Assembly: GCA_021792115.1 (NCBI GenBank)
Contig: JAJYVI010000001.1
Location: 1-34,496 of the forward strand
Length of the DNA: 34,496 nt
Direction: 5' to 3'
Source: Candidatus Micrarchaeota archaeon
Lineage (GTDB): Archaea; Micrarchaeota; Micrarchaeia; Micrarchaeales; Micrarchaeaceae
Made by a program: the position numbers and the translations under genes. Shown one piece after another: positions 32,432 to 34,496 of the stretch. The notes beneath the pieces were generated by a model. It was given only the letters and a program-made list of their open reading frames with translations. It did not search any database and was not told where the DNA came from. Every line of letters begins with the position of its first letter. The first letter of the stretch is position 1.

Positions 32432-33574
32432 TCAACTATAAGTTTTATGGTTCCTTCTAATAAATTCCCTTGCTCCATTTTTAGATATTGATGATTTGAA
32501 TGATTTAAATCCTTTTTGCTCTATTGCCTTGACAAGATTTCTGGAATCCTTTTTACTGACAAAAGAAATTGCTATTCCACCGCCTCCACCTCCGCTCAAC
32601 TTTGCGCCATATGCATTGTTTGCTTTGCAGGTATCAACAGCTAAATCAAGATTCTTTGTAGAGATTCCAAGGCGCGCCAGCATTCCTTGATTTCTATACA
32701 TTTCTGCGCCAAATTTATCTAAATTATTATGCAATAATGATCTTAGCCCTATTCTTGCGCATGACTCTATATTATCAAATATATTTTCAACAGAGCGCTT
32801 ATTATTTTTATAAAGCGCTCTTACATGCTTTACAGTTTCTGCAGTGCTTTTTTTTGGACCAGTATCAATAACAATAAGGTCAGCATATTTGAGAATGTCT
32901 AAACTGCTTATGTCATACTTTGCTATCCTTCCTGCTTTATATGAAACAAGCCCGCCAAAATATGATGCCGCAGTATCTATTCTCCCTGCATTTCTGTTTT
33001 TATGTGCAATTATTTCGCCGTGCCTGGCGATTTCTATTATTTCCTTGTCTGAAAGAGTTTTAGAGCATATAGATGCCAAAGCAGCTGCAAATGCAACAAA
33101 GCAAGATGCGCTGCTTGCAAGCCCTTTTCTTTCTGGTATATTTGAACTTATCTCTGCGCTGATGCCAAAAATATTTTCAGCTCTCTTCATAAATTGAGAA
33201 ATTATAATCCCATATGCACATATTTCATTAAACATATCCTTGTCCAATGCAATTTCATGCTTGCCAGTCATTAAAAATTTATTATACTGCCTTGACAGAT
33301 CAGAAAAAGTAAAGGATATGGATTCAGGATTGCTGTCATAAAGGCTTTGCACTGCGAGCGCAAGATTTTTGTCAATTTCAAACCTTTGGTCTTTGTCTTT
33401 CAAGAGTACTGATATTAAACTATCTTTATACTTAAATATTTTTGCAGTTGCATATCTGTCAAGAGCAAATGCCACGCACTTCCTGCCATATACAACTGCA
33501 TGCTCCCCAAAAAGTTTAAGCACTCCTGGTGCCTTTGCAATTGAGAGCACTTTGCCTGAGTTAGATACTGACAT
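32432..33574 (-). CDS. mvk: Mevalonate kinase (GHMP kinase family)
   Basis: 'KAPGVLKLFGEHAVVYGRKCVAFAL', GHMP motif 2 'PERKGLASSASCFVAFAAAL', 'AGRIDTAASYFGG' and motif 3 'KLSGGGGGGIAISF'. Confidence 0.78.
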   Translation of the reverse strand: MSVSNSGKVLSIAKAPGVLKLFGEHAVVYGRKCVAFALDRYATAKIFKYKDSLISVLLKDKDQRFEIDKNLALAVQSLYDSNPESISFTFSDLSRQYNKFLMTGKHEIALDKDMFNEICAYGIIISQFMKRAENIFGISAEISSNIPERKGLASSASCFVAFAAALASICSKTLSDKEIIEIARHGEIIAHKNRNAGRIDTAASYFGGLVSYKAGRIAKYDISSLDILKYADLIVIDTGPKKSTAETVKHVRALYKNNKRSVENIFDNIESCARIGLRSLLHNNLDKFGAEMYRNQGMLARLGISTKNLDLAVDTCKANNAYGAKLSGGGGGGIAISFVSKKDSRNLVKAIEQKGFKSFKSSISKNGAREFIRRNHKTYS

Positions 33575-33622
33575 TAAATCATTACTTTTGCATTATCATC
33601 CAAAACTTTTGTTGCATAAAAT

Positions 33623-33643
33623 AGGCATGCCAATAGCATGCCT
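33623..33643 (-). terminator. Perfect 8-bp GC-rich hairpin plus T tract after the oxidoreductase gene
   Basis: AGGCATGC (33623-33630) / GCATGCCT (33636-33643) with a 5-nt loop. On the - strand it is followed by ATTTTAT. It begins 17 nt after the stop at 33660. Confidence 0.45.
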
Positions 33644-33659
33644 TATATCCTGATATTTG

Positions 33660-34277
33660 CTATTTATTTTGTTTTACTAATTTCAAGCCTATGCCTGTCC
33701 CAAGATTCTTTGAATAGCCAAGCTCTATTATCATAAGACCAGCAGGTTCTATATACCTTGCCTTTTTGAGCGCGCCAACATCAACAGGCTCCATGCCTAT
33801 ATCTCTTGCTAGGTCCATGACTTTATTCTTTGCATCCTCATCATCTCCTGCTATAAAAGTAGTAAGCTTATTCTCGCCCACTTTCCCTGTCCTCATATTC
33901 TCTGCAAATATAGTATTGAATGCTTTTACAACTTTAGCCCCGTGCGCCTGCCTTGCTATCTCCTCTGCGGCAGAGTCCTGCGAATCTTTTTTCCATTCGA
34001 AATTAGGGCCTAGAGGATTGCAGACATCTATGATGATTTTTCCTTTTATGCTTTCCTTCATCTTTTCTATAGTCTCCTTGGCTGCAAGGTATGGAACTGC
34101 AAGCACTATTATGTCTGCGGATTTCGCTGCATCATTAATGCCAATAATATTTTTTCCTTTTAGTTTCATCTTTGCTGCTTTTGGGTCCCTTGATCCATAT
34201 ACAACCTCGTTGCTCTTTTCAAGAGCAGTCCCAAGATTCTTTCCAACATTCCCTGTTCCTATTATTGCTATTCTCAT
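33660..34277 (-). CDS. NADP oxidoreductase, F420-dependent-NADP-reductase-like (Rossmann fold, COG2085-like)
   Basis: 'MRIAIIGTGNVGKNLGTAL...VVYGSRDP' and 'ADIIVLAVPY' match this family. ATG 34277 has GGTG 5 nt upstream and is preferred to the track's TTG at 34307. Confidence 0.75.
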   Translation of the reverse strand: MRIAIIGTGNVGKNLGTALEKSNEVVYGSRDPKAAKMKLKGKNIIGINDAAKSADIIVLAVPYLAAKETIEKMKESIKGKIIIDVCNPLGPNFEWKKDSQDSAAEEIARQAHGAKVVKAFNTIFAENMRTGKVGENKLTTFIAGDDEDAKNKVMDLARDIGMEPVDVGALKKARYIEPAGLMIIELGYSKNLGTGIGLKLVKQNK

Positions 34278-34496
34278 CTTAACACCAAATATTATTATAG
34301 CAAACAATTAGAAATAAGTATCTGATATTTGCAAAATAAGGGAAGTCTAAATCTGATTTGCATTAGAAAATACCTTGGCAATAGATGCAAATTTCAAACT
34401 GCAAAAATATTATTTAATGAATATTAATAAAAATATTGCTGTGCCAATAATTTATCATTAAAGCTTTATTTTTAATATTTTAAGTATAAATGCTGA

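Noticed and set aside
1-34496. Search by eye for tRNA, rRNA, other structured RNAs, transposase/integrase genes, toxin-antitoxin pairs and cas genes
   Set aside because: No intergenic stretch shows tRNA-like GC-rich cloverleaf features (for example a GGTTCGAATCC-type T arm). No ORF shows transposase, integrase or Cas motifs. I may have missed divergent C/D or H/ACA sRNAs; a covariance-model scan is needed.

Overview
This is an AT-rich (about one-third G+C by eye), very gene-dense archaeal chromosome segment. It holds about 40 protein genes. I found no rRNA, tRNA, CRISPR array or recognisable mobile element.

Most genes are information-processing:
- Ribosomal clusters uS13-uS4-uS11 on the + strand, and L7Ae-eS28-eL24 and uL1-P0-P1-eL30-uS12-uS7-aEF-2 on the - strand.
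- RadA, Hjc, Cgi121 (KEOPS), diphthine synthase, and a tRNA-splicing endonuclease next to archease.
- A translationally coupled gatC-gatA-gatB-aspS operon whose AspRS is of the bacterial type.
- A few metabolic genes: IlvE, mevalonate kinase, a HAD-fold protein and an NADP oxidoreductase.
- An exported G1 (eqolisin-type) glutamic peptidase.

The parts a plain ORF list does not explain:
1. At 11.9-16.9 kb, an archaeosortase-like polytopic membrane protein lies convergent with a 1106-aa, sequon-rich, Ig-repeat surface protein. That protein's C-terminal sorting signal matches no described motif.
2. At 11814-11875 there is an unannotated textbook box C/D sRNA with its own TATA box.
3. In the L7Ae leader there is a K-turn hairpin that buries the Shine-Dalgarno sequence.
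4. At 1.0-2.4 kb there is a tandem trio of small MIT-like helical proteins behind a repeated operator-like motif.

The lineage is inference only: a small-genome, probably acidophilic, DPANN/ARMAN-like archaeon. All homology calls come from reading motifs by eye. No searches were run.
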